From contig NC_043002.1 of assembly GCF_006345805.1 (NCBI RefSeq), forward strand, positions 116,064,001 to 116,128,000: a DNA stretch of 64,000 nt, written 5' to 3'. This stretch comes from Octopus sinensis. Its lineage: Eukaryota. Made by a program: the position numbers and the translations under genes. This document shows, piece after piece, positions 25,460 through 37,384 of the stretch (within the stretch, counting starts at the first letter, position 1; every line of letters begins with the position of its first letter). Below the pieces are notes generated by a model, which worked only from the letters and a program-made list of their open reading frames with translations, ran no database searches and had not been told where the DNA came from.

Positions 25460-25718
25460 TCTTTTATTCTTTTACTTGTTTCAGTCATTTGACTGCAGCC
25501 ATGCTCAAGCACTGCCTTAAAGGGTTTTTTTAGTCAAGGAAATTGACCCTAGAACTTATTCTTTGTAAGCCTAGTACTTATTCTATTGGTCTCTTTTGCC
25601 AAACTGCCAAGTTATGGGGGTGCAAACACACCAACATTGGTTGTCAAGCAATGGTGGGGGGACAAACATGGAACCATGTGGTTGGGAAGCAAGCTTCTTA
25701 CCACACATCCATGCCTGG
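25460..25718 (-). mobile_element. tRNA-derived SINE of the family at 53908 and 55348, internally deleted
   Basis: Tail TTACTTGTTTCAGTCATTTGACTGCAGCCATGC joined directly to head GGAACCATGTGGTTGGGAAGCAAGC. Confidence 0.8.
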
Positions 25719-25828
25719 ACCTATATATATATATATATATAAAATTAATTAAGGGTAGAAATTGATATTAGTCAATTAAAACCAGTCAATTAAAAAGAAT
25801 CCGAAGATTAAAATATTTTTACATACAA

Positions 25829-27309
25829 ATCAATGGAATCTGTATCTTTGTGGTACCAGTGCCGGTGGCACACAAGAGAACCATCCGAACGTGTCCGTAG
25901 CCAGTTCCGCATCAACCGGCCTCCGTGCTGTGGGCATGTAACAAACACCATCCGATCATGGCCGTTCGCCAGCCTCATCTGGCACCTGTGTCGGTGGCAC
26001 ATAAAAACACCTTCCGAAGACCCGGCAAGACTAGTCAGTCCACCTGTGCATACCTTCCTTCTTGTGACACTTGTGAAGACCTGTTGAGGCAAGTGAAAAT
26101 CAAATCAAATCAAATCAAAATAGATGAACATCAATGGAATTTGTATCTTTGTGGTACCAGTGCCTGTGGCACACAAGAAATCCATCCGAACGTGGCCGTA
26201 GTCAGTACTGCATCGACTGGCCATCGTGCTGTGGGCACATAACAAACACCATCCGATCGTGGCCGTTCGCCAGCCTCATCTAGCACCTGTGTCGGTGGCA
26301 CATAAAAACACCATCCGAAGACCCGGCAAGACTAGTCAGGCCATATCCCATGGCCCCTACCTGGGACGTAGTCAGTCCACCTGTGCATACCTTCCTCCTT
26401 GTGATACTTGTGAAGGCCTGTTGAGGCAAGTGAAAATCAAAATGAAATCAAAACAAATCAAATCAAATCAAATCAAAACAAATCAAAATAGATGAACATT
26501 AATGGAATTGTATCTTTGTGGTACCAGTGCCGGTGGCACACAAGAAAACCATCCGAACGTGGCCGTAGCCAGTACCGCACCAACTGGCCTCCGTGCTGTG
26601 GGCACGTAACAAACACCATCCGATCGTGGCCGTTCGCCAGCCTCATCTGGCACCTGTGTCGGTGGCACATAAAAACACCATCCGAAGACCCGGCAAGACT
26701 AGTCAGGCCATAACCTGTGGCCCCTACCTGGGACGTAGTCAGTCCACCTGTGCATACCTTCCTTCTTGTGACACTTGTGAAGACCTGTTGAGGCAAGTGA
26801 AAATCAAAACAAATCAAAATAGATGAACATCAATGGAATTTGTATCTTTGTGGTACCAGTGCCGGTGGCACGTGGCACACAAGAAAACCATCTGAACGTG
26901 GCCGTAGCCAGTACCGCATCGACTGGCCTCCGTGCTGTGGGCACGTAACAAACACCATCCGATCGTGGCCGTTTGCCAGCCTCATCTGGCACCTGTGTCG
27001 GTGGCACATAAAAACACCATCCGAGCGTGGCCGTCTGCCAGCCTCGTCTGGCACCTGTGTTGGTGGCACATAAAAAACACCATCCGAGCGTGGCCGTTTG
27101 CCAGCCTCGTCTGGCACCTGTGTCTGTGGCACATAAAATCACCCACTACACACTCGGAGTGGTTGGCGTTAGGAAGGGCATCCAGCTGTAGAAACACTGC
27201 CAGATCTGACTGGACTGGTGCAGCTTTCGGGCTCCCCAGACCCCAGTTGAACCGTCCAACCCATGCTAGCATGGAAAGCGGACGTTAAATGATGATGATG
27301 ATGATGATG
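25829..27309 (+). repeat. Tandem array of four RTE 3'UTR-derived units (301, 368, 331 bp and a terminal unit) ending in the RTE tail
   Basis: AT(C/T)AATGGAAT anchors at 25829, 26130, 26498 and 26829. Units match the 3'UTR of the RTE at 34140-34650. Confidence 0.9.
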
Positions 27310-27477
27310 AAATTAAGGACTGAACATGAAAAGTGGACAGTCAACATGCTAGATATAGACGTCAAATCGCCATTCTCCCACAAAGAGTATGTTCTCAAAT
27401 AAAACTCAGCACAAAACCAAAGCATTAAACAAGACAAATGAAAATATACGAAAATATTCATGTTCAGTCCTTAATTT
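27310..27477. mobile_element. MITE-like element with perfect 21-bp inverted termini
   Basis: AAATTAAGGACTGAACATGAA (27310-27330) and TTCATGTTCAGTCCTTAATTT (27457-27477). No clear TSD. Confidence 0.55.
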
Positions 27478-27531
27478 GTATGTATGTATATATATATACA
27501 TATAATTTAAAATTAAGGATAAAATCTTTAT

Positions 27532-27998
27532 AAGAAATTATCAGTAGTTAGCGTGAAAAACCTCGTAAGAGAAAAAATCTGTAAATTTTTCCACTTTGAA
27601 AATATTTATTTATATTATATAGAGGGTACTATTATTCATAGGTACCGCACACTAGAAGGGACTCTTGCAGTCAAAACTACTAAAATAAACAAATTGTACC
27701 GAATGCAAAACTTGAAAGCAAGTCATTTAAAAACAGAATTTAGTTACATATCACCTGTGATTTCGCAATCAATGCAGAATATGCATTCTATGCTCTTCAG
27801 TGCAACGAACTCAAGACATGTAAGGAAAAAACACAATATAGCATACCCGACAGCCAACCGTAGAATTCGTCGTAGCATGTACGAATGTTTATCTTTACAT
27901 ATCTATGAAAATGGCGGGCTTATTCGCAATGCATTTCAGTAACAATTTGCCTATTCGGAACAAAAATTCAGTATTGAACTATTCCGGTGAAAAATATA
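27532..27998. promoter_or_regulatory. CpG-retaining unique segment, candidate PTGR3 promoter and first-exon region
   Basis: About 15 CpGs by eye in AT-rich DNA. YY1-like AAAATGGCG at 27908-27916. Candidate donor sites nearby. Confidence 0.35.
27911..27938 (+). CDS. PTGR3: Candidate short first coding exon of PTGR3 (MAGLFAMHF plus 1 nt)
   Basis: ATG...TTC A|GTAACA is a phase-1 donor. It joins in frame to the acceptor at 35413 (A+AC AAA ATG gives N-K-M). The donor is weak and the join is unverified. Confidence 0.3.
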
Positions 27999-28169
27999 AA
28001 TTTAAAATTAAGGATAAAATCTTTATGGTGGTGATGGTTGGTGTCAGGAAGGGTGCCCAGCTGTAGAAAACCATCAAGTTTGGTCTTTGATGCCAGAATA
28101 TGTGAAAAATATGTGAAACTCTGCAATCATGTGCACATGGGCTATCAGTGCTAAAAATGCATTCCAGAA

Positions 28170-28430
28170 TTACCGAGGGTATAGACACTTTATTTTATGT
28201 TGCTCCAGTTCACTCAGCTGTAGAAATGAGTTGTGACATCACAGGTGCCAAGCTGTATCGGCCCCTTTGCCTTTCCCTTGGATAACATTGGTGGCATGGA
28301 GAGGGGAGGCTGGTATGCGGATGACTGCTGGTCTTCCATAAAAAAACAACCTTGCCTGGACTTGTGCATCTTCAGAGGGTAATTTTCTAGGTGAAATCCC
28401 ATGGTCATTCATGAACAAAGGGGTTCTTTA
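28170..28430 (+). mobile_element. SINE (family also at 48150-48505), 5'-eroded
   Basis: CAGCTGTAGAAATGAGTTG...GCCTTTCCCTTGGATAAC...GGTCATTCATGAAC shared with the inverted copy at 48.2 kb. Confidence 0.75.
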
Positions 28431-28989
28431 CCCTTTAAATAGTTCAATTGAACTTGTATTTAGCTCACATGTTAATGCAGCCTCAATTCTGACTGGAATC
28501 CACAACAATTATTGACTTGGCTAAAATAACTTTAAATGCTACCCAACATGGTAAGAAAGAGTTTTCTAGAAAGTGAAGTTAGTCTGGTGAGCATTTTGTG
28601 GCAGGTCTATTAGGCTGTATAACAGAATTTTAATTTTTCAAAAATCTTTGGTCAGTAAGTGTTATTTTCTATTTGCTTCTATCTAGAAATCAAAGGAAAT
28701 GACTACCATTCCCTTCAAACTTCGGTTTTCTGACCTGGACATCAATGTTTTGAAACTGACCTATTTTCCATTAAATTTCAGACAGATTCAGTGCTAAGCA
28801 GAAATATCATTATAGCAAATATTCTGCTCAATACTCAAATTTAATTGTCAGTTTTTTGACCATAACCACTTGAGCATGTTCCTAAGTGACTGACAGTATG
28901 TGCATCTCTGATGATGAGCAGGAGTAGTGGCGGAGCATCATAGCCATGAGTTGAGAGGGATTCTTTGGGGTTTCAATAAATGTAACAAA

Positions 28990-31330
28990 AGCAAAGTTTG
29001 AAGGAAATGTTAGCCATTTGTCATACATTCTAGGGGTAAGCAAACAAGAAATGACAATCGCTACCCAAGGACAAAACTTTTATTACAAAGTGTTATAGAA
29101 GGCAAAACTTCAAAGTATGATGTAGTCCTGTTAAGGTGTTGAGTAGAAAAATGTCAGTTTGTATTAATTAGGTATGAAAGAGCATTCTACAAGATGGATC
29201 TGTATCAACTTATGAAGGTGCACAAGAATAATAAAGAATCTGAAAAAAAATATTGAAATTAGATAACCAGAAAGCAGTGTGGAAGACACTGCTACAGTAT
29301 GAATATTGATCGGATAAGAAATGTGAAATCGTAGATCAAGAAGGCGTTGGAGAAAACGGATTATATAATGAAGTAGTTACAGATACTGTTGATTGTTTAA
29401 AAGGTAGGACTAGAAAAATTGGGGAGGAATAAAATAGTAGAGTACGAAATTAATGTAGCAAAAAAGAGGGAAAACAATGATCACCTACCCAAAGTCAGAA
29501 AAAAAATATTGTCACTCCTTAGATGATATATTACTGGAAGGGAAGAATGAAGATCTTATTTAATGTTAACTTGAACCATGTGGATTAATGGAGAGAGGTA
29601 ATTCAAAAATCTGTTGAAATAGATAAGCAGGAATGTGTAAATTTATTCCTTACTGAGTAAACGAAGTAATTAATACTAAGCATAAAGAAATAAAAAATAT
29701 GAATAATCATGATATATACAAATATGTGCCTACTATGTGAAAGATATTTGTAGAAAATTTCATCAAAAATGGTCCAATTAAGTGAGAGTTATGAGGAAAC
29801 AAAGTCTCTCCACTCCAAATAGTTTTCCCTAACAAATTTTAATAAAATCGTAATCTACATAATCTGAAATATATTTGTAAAAAAATATCCATTTTTTAGA
29901 AAGTTATGAGGAAACAAAGTTGGAGGAGGTGGGTATACTTCTGTAGTTATGCCTGATATCCATTTTTCAGAATGTTACAAAGACAAAATGTCAGAGGGCA
30001 TTTACTGAATGAGTGAGTTCTATTAAATGAATAAAGAGTACAAAGGAAAATTAGATGCAACATTAAAAAATTATGCAAATTAGAAATCAAATATGTAAAT
30101 ATCACTTAATAACCAGCAAAAACCACCCAGAGGGCAGTCTTTCTACTAGTCTAAGTAATTTTAGAAAATAGTCATTAACAACTGATGGAGCTGAGAAGAG
30201 TAGTAAGTGTTTCTGACAATGTTGTATTTCTTGGGCACGATGCAAATAGGAACTTGATTGATATTCTGGCTATGCATGTGTAGGTGGTTTTGTATTCTGT
30301 AGAACCGAATTATTTGAGAAGGATGTGATTGCAGCATTGAAAATGGAATTTAAAGTAGGAACCTATGAGAGTGGAGCTTCCAAGTATTTAGGATGAAAGT
30401 TAAACTAAGAATGAAATCTATGCACATCACCTCTATTTATGACAGAATTAAAGAAAGGAATGTTACTGACAAGAAAAAATTATAGAGTTAAGTGAAGATG
30501 AGAAATCTGTATTAAAAAGACTTGCAAGTCGAATCACGTGGGCGTTGATGCAGTCTTGTTGTCCATTTGTTTCATTGATGTTTGTAGAATGAGAAAAGCT
30601 GGGAAAGATTTTCAAGTGAAAATCCTGTAATATTGGTTTCAAGTTTTGGCACAATGTCAGCAATTTTGTGGGAGTGGATAAGTCGATTGCATCGATCCCA
30701 GTGCTTGACTGGTACTTATTTTATTGACTCCAGTGTTAAGTTGGTATTTATTTTATTGACCCTAAAAGGATGAATGGCAAAGTCGACTCTGGTGGAATTT
30801 GAACTCAGAACATAAAGCTGGACAAAATGCTACTTAGCATTTTACCTGGTGTGCTATTGAGTCTGCCAGCTTAGTTAATAAAGTAATATTGCTTTCAAAT
30901 TTTGGCACAAGGCAGCAATTTCAGGGGAGGGGCTAAGTCGATTAAATCGATCCCTGTGTGCATCTGGTACTTATTTTATTGAACCTGAAAGGATGAAAGG
31001 CAAAGTTGACCCCGGCAGAGTTTGGACTCTGAACATAAATATGGACAAAGTGCCCCTAAGCATTTTGCCTGGTCTGCTAATGATTCTGCCTGCTTGCCGC
31101 CTTAGTTGATAATATAATATTAAAGCTTATCTCCCTTCTCTTTACAGATGAGTATTTAAGATGGCTATTGCAAATTTTGGGACATTGAGGCATTATACAC
31201 ATGACTAAGCATTAAGAAATGTGAATATTTATTCAGATTTATCCACCAGATGTATCATTTGATGTTTGTAGAATGGGCAACACTAGTAAATATCTAGACA
31301 AGTCTGAGTAGATACTCACATATACAACCA
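28990..31330 (+). mobile_element. Highly decayed Copia-order LTR retrotransposon pol remnant, interrupted by SINEs
   Basis: QFVLIRYERAFYKMDLYQLMKV at about 29155, then ILAMHV*..LYS..FEKDVIAALKMEFKVGTYESGASKYLG and LSEDEKSVLKRLASRITWALMQ at about 30260-30560. Confidence 0.5.
30660..31105 (-). mobile_element. Two adjacent tRNA-derived SINEs with a Meta-like central domain
   Basis: Reverse complement of TTTGCCTTTCATCCTTT..GGGTCAATAAAATAAGTACCAG at about 30720-30790 and 30960-31010, each with a B-box-like GAGTTCAAATTCC head. Confidence 0.7.
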
Positions 31331-32384
31331 CTTCCTCTCTCTATGTCTCTTCATGTAGGTTTCTCATTTTCTATGTCTGTATTCCACTTCCTTTCTGAGT
31401 TTTCTCTCTTGTGCTCTCTTATGTATTATTTGTCTATCTCTCTGTCTCTCTTCCTCATCCCTCTCATCCTCTGTCTTTCTCTACAGTAAGGAGAATGGAA
31501 GATTATTGTACGACAAAAATGGTCAGATTTTTTAAATAGAATTACTGAAATTTAAAAAAAAACTGAAATTAAAAAAGAACATAAGAATTTTATATATATC
31601 AATATAAATGTTGTATAAACCTTCTTGTGAGATGATGAATGATACTATATATGGTTTGTCTATGATGTTTGTTTTGTAGTTTCTGATATAAAGTAGTCAC
31701 ATACACAAATAATGTGTGTGTGTGTGTGCGTGTATGTGTGTGTGTGTGTATGTGTGTATGTGTGTGAATTCAATACACTAAAATATTTCTGTCTAATTAT
31801 AAGAATGATTTTTCAGACAATGAGTATTTATTCTGGTTTATTTAATTATATTAGTAACAATATGAGTTGTATTTGGATAGCAGTGTATGTTGCGCTGGTG
31901 TTGAAAGTAAATTACAGTGTCTTTGATATGCTACAAGACTTTTGGTTCCATTGCTACTTAGTTGTTAGTCTTTATCATCTTAAGACTAAACTCTTGTTAT
32001 GCTTATTAACTCTTTCATGGTTTGTAGTTTCTTTTTTGTTTTTCAAGAATTATTAAGACATTCTTTCATGTAAAGTAAGTCATCAGAATATATGTTATCA
32101 AAAGCTTCAAACTCTGGTTGGTTGAAACATGATAAAGAGGAGGGTGAATACAGAGCACTGATAGATACAACCACTTTCATTTTAGTACCGTTTATATATA
32201 TGCCACTGTTATTAACTTAGTTGTTGCACTACTCACCACACCACAGAGTGTAGGTTCATGGAAAAGTCCTCCTATTACATTGACAAATGCAACATACATG
32301 TCCTAATCTATAGATGCACTCACATGAGTTGTCTGATTTTCTGGTTGAATTTTGCAATGGAAACACAACAGAGTATCTTCAGAG

Positions 32385-32885
32385 AAAAAATGGTATAAGG
32401 AGCATCAGATGAAGTGTACAAGAGAGAATATTGCACTGGTATTGTGACGTGATGCATATGAATGGGAACAGCTGGGTAAAGAAGTGCTGACCTCTAACTG
32501 TGGAGGGAACCTGTGGAAGAGGTAGACCCAGGAAGATGAAGTCGTGCAATATGATCTTTTGCTGTTGAGTCTTGTGGATGTGATGACAAGGGATTGAAAC
32601 TTTTGGTGATTTGCTGTGCTTGAGAAGACACATGAAGCTAAGTGTAATTGTAGTTGTGACCAGTGCTGGTGACACATAAAAGCACCTGTGCCAGTGACAT
32701 GTAAAAGGCACCTGGTACACTCTGTGAAGTGGTTGGTGTTAGAAGGGCATCCAGCTGTGGAAACCAAGCCAGAACAGACTGGAACCCGGTGCAGCTCTCT
32801 GGCTTACCTGTTCCAGGTAAACTGTCTAACCCATATCGGCATGGAACATGGATGCTAAATGATGATAATAATGATGATGATGATG
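32385..32885 (+). mobile_element. RTE LINE 3' fragment with tail
   Basis: VEGTCGRGRPRK, then 3'UTR modules and a (GAT)n tail. Confidence 0.8.
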
Positions 32886-32961
32886 ATATACACATATTTA
32901 TATACAACTCTGCCATCGATATTATTGATGAATACTATAAAGACAATTCTATGTACAACTC

Positions 32962-34655
32962 TTGCAGTTCAATTATATAGTTAATCAGGTGATACACAAA
33001 GGAGTCATACCCAATGACTGGTGTAGCAGCATAATAGGGATAGATGAATGGTTAGTGAGAGCTGTGCAAGCCATGTGCAGGGACGCTGTCAGTAAGGTGA
33101 GGGTTGGCAACGAGTACACTAAAGAATTCAGGGTAGAGGTAGGCGTCCACTAAGGTTCAGTCCTCAGCCCCCAGCCCCCTCCTATTTATCATAGCCCTCC
33201 AGGCAATAACGGAGGAATTCAAGACAGGATACCCCTGGGAGCTCCTCTATGCTGATGACCTTGCTCTAATTGCTGAGTCACTATCAGAACTGGAGGAGAA
33301 GTTTCAGGTGTGGAAACAATGTTTAGAATTGAAGGGCCTTAGAGTCAATCTAGCTAAAACCAAAGTCCTAATAAGTAGGAAGGTAGACAAATCACAAACG
33401 CCTTCAGGTAGATGGCCCCGCTCGATCTGTAGAAAAGGTGTAGGTAGAAACTCTATAAGATGCGCCAAGTGTAAGCTATGGACACATAAGAGGTGCAGCA
33501 ATGACAAAGGAAGGCTAACTAGGAAGATAGTTTTTGTATGTGGCAGATGCTCAGGAGCAATAAACACTGAAAATGCTTTGAGACCAACTTCTGCCACATT
33601 CCAGGGAGAAAAACTAGAAATAGGTGACCAAGTCAGTAGCGGGGGCGGGTGTGCTGAAAGTGTAACTGCTAGAGTAAGAATAGCTTGGGCAAAGTTCAGA
33701 GAGCTGTTACCCCTGCTGGTGACAAAAGGCCTCTCGCTCAGAGTAAAAGGCAGACTGTATGACGCGTGTGTACGAACAGCCATGCTACATGGCAGTGAAA
33801 CATGGGCCGTGACTGCTGAGGATATGCGTAAGCTCACAGAAATGAAGCCAGTATGCTCCGATGGATGTGTAATGTCAGTGTTCATACTCGACAGAGTGTA
33901 AGTACCTTGAGAGACAAGCTGGACCTAAGAAGCATCAGTTGTGGTGTGCAAGAGAGACGTTTGCACTGGTATGGTCATGTGGCAAGAATGGATGAAGATA
34001 GTTGTGTGAAAAAGTGCCACACCCTAGCAGTTGAGGGAACCTGTGGAAGAGGCAGACCCAGGAAAACCTGGGACGAGGTGGTGAAGCACGACCTTCAAAC
34101 TTTAGGTCTCACTGAGGACTAGAGACCGAGACCTTTGGAAGTATGCTGTGCGTGAGAAGACCCGGCAGGACAAGTGAGACCATAACCCGTAGCCTTCTAC
34201 ATGGGATGTAGCGAGTCCACTTATGCATACCTTCCCTTCTTGGGACACAAAACTCTACTTGTGAAGACCTTTTGAGGCAAGTGAGAATTGAAATCGATCA
34301 ACATCAATGGAAATTGTAGCTATGATACCAGTGCCGGTGGCACGTAAGAGAACAATCCGAACGTGGCCGTTGCCAGTGCTGCCCAGACTGGCCCCCATGC
34401 CGGTGGCACGTAAAAAGCACCATCCGATCGTGGCCGTTTGCCAGCCTCGTCTGGCACCTGTGCCGGTGGCACATAAAAAGCACGACTACACTCACAGAGT
34501 GGTTGGCGTTAGGAAGGGCATCCAACTGTAGAAACACTGCCAGATCAGATTAGGCCTGGTGCAGCCTTCTGGCTTCCCAGACCCCAGTTGAACCGTCCAA
34601 CCCATGCTAGCATGGATAGCGGACGCTAAACGATGACGATGATGATGATGATGAA
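32962..34655 (+). mobile_element. RTE-clade LINE, 5'-truncated, RT with embedded PHD finger, complete 3'UTR and tail
   Basis: GVH*GSVLSP...PWELLYADDLALIAE...VNLAKTKV...[PHD]...AWAKFRELLP...RLHWYGHVARM...GRGRPRKTWDEVV. Confidence 0.95.
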
Positions 34656-34929
34656 TATGTATTGTCATTATTGTCTGTCTTTCTGCAATCATGCTCATAA
34701 AGTCTGTCCAACTTCCACTTTTTTATACACTATGTATTGTTAATTGTTGTCTACTTATTCATATGTGTAACAGTTGGAAGGGTTTTTATACAATATGTAT
34801 TGTGACTGTTGTATATGTTACCTTTAGAATGAACTTGCATATCACTGAAGCATGGAAGCACGAAAGTATGGATGTATGTAGGCACATACATACACTCTAG
34901 TTGTATATAGGCACATATGAGTGTGCGGC

Positions 34930-34979
<50 letters not shown>

Positions 34980-35417
34980 AATATTGGTGTATGTGTGTAT
35001 ATGTCTGCTAATACTTTCTGCCCAGAAAGTGGTCATCTGTAAATGACAGCCGATCCTACCTCACAGTGGGATCTCAGATCAAAGATAAAAGTCTGCCATG
35101 CATTCTACATCTGGATAGCCAACAACACCCATTAATCACATACTGGCAACACACATGCATGTGTGTGTGTGTGTCTGTACATCTATATATGTATCTATGC
35201 CCAATGAACATAGACTCCTATCCCGTAACCTTTGTATCTTTGAGGATAGTAATTGAAACTTGAGTAAAAATTGTTATAAGCAATATAGAAAATTTGTTAA
35301 ATAAATCATTATCAAAATTTCATTGTTCTCAAAAATTAGACCTTATGATAATAAGGGAATTATTTTCAACAATCTTCTATATAGTTTTATGTAATATTTT
35401 TTTTGCTTGCAGACAAA

Positions 35418-35554
35418 ATGTCAATTAAACAATTACCAAGTACTTTTCGAAAGCTTGTGGTGAATCAATTGTCAAAAAGTTTTCGGGATGTTGTTTCAAT
35501 TAAAGAAGTTCAAATGCCAAAACCTGCAGCTGGTGAAGTTCTGGTTAAAAACAG
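35418..35554 (+). CDS. PTGR3: Prostaglandin reductase 3 (ZADH2) coding exon: MSIKQLPSTFRKLVVNQLSKSFRDVVSIKEVQMPKPAAGEVLVKN(R)
   Basis: Acceptor TTTTTTGCTTGCAG|35413, donor AACAG|GTGAAC (phase 2). Matches the ZADH2 N-terminus pattern (QKLVVTRLSPNFREAV...GDLLVRNR). Confidence 0.9.
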
Positions 35555-35559
35555 GTGAA

Positions 35560-35775
35560 CCCTTTTGTTATATTCCTGCTGAAATATTCTGTATTTGTTT
35601 CAAGTAATTTCGAAATTAATGAAGAATCTAATACAATAATTTTCATTATTAAGCTGGTATTTGGAACGTAAATTAACATGAAATGTTGATGGAAACTTTT
35701 AATTTGCAGATCTTTAAAATAGGAAATTTATACCATAGAAACATGCTGGTCTCATGCAGATTGTAATTAGAAGGG
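35560..35775. mobile_element. piggyBac-type (TTAA) MITE abutting the exon donor site
   Basis: TGAA|CCCTTTTG...AGAAGGG|TTAA. Internal AAGCTGGT..GAACGTAAATTAACATGAAAT..TGATGG is also seen at about 58240. Confidence 0.5.
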
Positions 35776-35956
35776 TTAATGGTTTTATTTTAAAATCTGG
35801 TATGAAATTAATACAAAGCTAGATTAGAGAAAAAGAGTGTTTAGTCATTGAGTACTGTAGTTGGTAACTTGATGTGCAACTGAAATCACTGCTTCAAATT
35901 AATTATTATTTATTTAACAAACCCACCTTCAAAGTGTGGCTTCACTTTCTTTTAAA

Positions 35957-36230
35957 TTAGCTCACACACTTCAAAGCTTGTGTTATGGACAGATTTTCAT
36001 TAATATGTCTCTTGAAAATAATTTGCTGATTTAAAAGAAAAAATGCTAGTTTGTCTAAAAGCAAAGTCCCTTTCATATTTTCATATTCCTTATTATAATT
36101 AGTTAAATAGTGGTGTTTGACAGTATTCTCATTATAAACACCGACTGAATCTTTACAAATAAGACACACATACTTTTGGTTGAGCTCCATAAAAAGAAAA
36201 AAAAATATCTGCCAAACAAAGTACTTTTGC
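35957..36230 (-). mobile_element. hAT (SPIN/GTF2IRD2-like) transposase N-terminal remnant
   Basis: ELNQKYVCLICKDSVGVYNENTVKHHY...QQIIFKR matches the zinc-binding N-terminus of Charlie/SPIN-type hAT transposases. Confidence 0.65.
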
Positions 36231-36989
36231 TAACAACTCTTTCTTTTATTAGTACCAGCCATTGTGGAAGGTGTTGCTTTAATGTACTTTATAATATTGA
36301 TTTAAAATCATTGATGAAGCTGGGCAAAGGAACTGCTCAATGTTGCTAGCTTTCAAAATTATTGCACTTAATTGACATAACTGGCAACTAAGCTAGACAA
36401 AATTTAAATTCACACTGACTATTTATCACCAATAACAATACCTTATAAGACAGAATAAATAATTTGAGTGGAGTGGGGTAGAGTGGGGGGTAAATGCTAA
36501 TTGGCTGTAATAAGTGTGGAACTATCAAGTCATCAATTTATATGCATTTCAGCTTGAATCATAATTAATGTCACATGACAAAAACAACTTACAAGGAAGA
36601 CGTTTCTAATCCTACTCCCTCCACTCTAGGGGAATGAGCTGAATAGAATTTATTACATGTGAAATATCAATTCATGAGAAAAAAAAGAAAAGAAAAACTG
36701 CTCACAAGTATATTGTAAAAGTGATTGGAATGTTTGCAGATATATGATAGCTAGATATGCTTGTGTGAATATTTATGGAAGTATGCATTCTTGAGTTAAA
36801 ATTTGTGAGTCGACAGTAGAAAGCACCATTATAGAAATTTACTAAAAAAGGTTTGGAAATGAATCGAGAGATCAGATCTTACAAGATCATACCCTTAATT
36901 TTGGTAACTATTGTCTTCAATTGCAGATACAAACAGCTGAAATGGGGTTCCCCTGAAGGATCTCTGGAGTCACCTTACACAACAGTGTG

Positions 36990-37370
36990 GGTAGCTTGGA
37001 GATTAGGGAATCTCTTTTGGTCAATGTACTACTTCTCTGCATTGAGAGGTCAGAGTTCTGGTGCTACAGACATATGATTAGAATGTTGCAGGACAGAATT
37101 GCAAACTGGATTCTTCAAGCTAAGCCAAACTGGCTAAGCCAAACTGGCTAAGCCAAACTGGCTAAGCCAAACTAAGGTAGACCAAGAATGAAATGGCTAG
37201 ATGATATTCATAGTCTTAGATGGTCATGCTTGGAAATCCAACCAGAAAATCTAATGATGGTTGCTTCTGATAGGACCTTATGGAGAAGGTGCCTAAGGAC
37301 TCTTCCCCCATGACCTTCCCAGGAATACTGGGCAGAGAAGATGGGTTGAAGGATGGATTGTATGATGTAT
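36990..37370 (+). mobile_element. 3' end of a second RTE-type LINE family, containing a 14-bp tandem repeat (37119-37172)
   Basis: IERSEFWCYRHMIRM...GRPRMKWLDDI..LRWSCLEI..VASDRTLWRRCLRTLP. GCTAAGCCAAACTG repeated about 4 times. Confidence 0.65.
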
Positions 37371-37384
37371 TAATATCATTCAGA

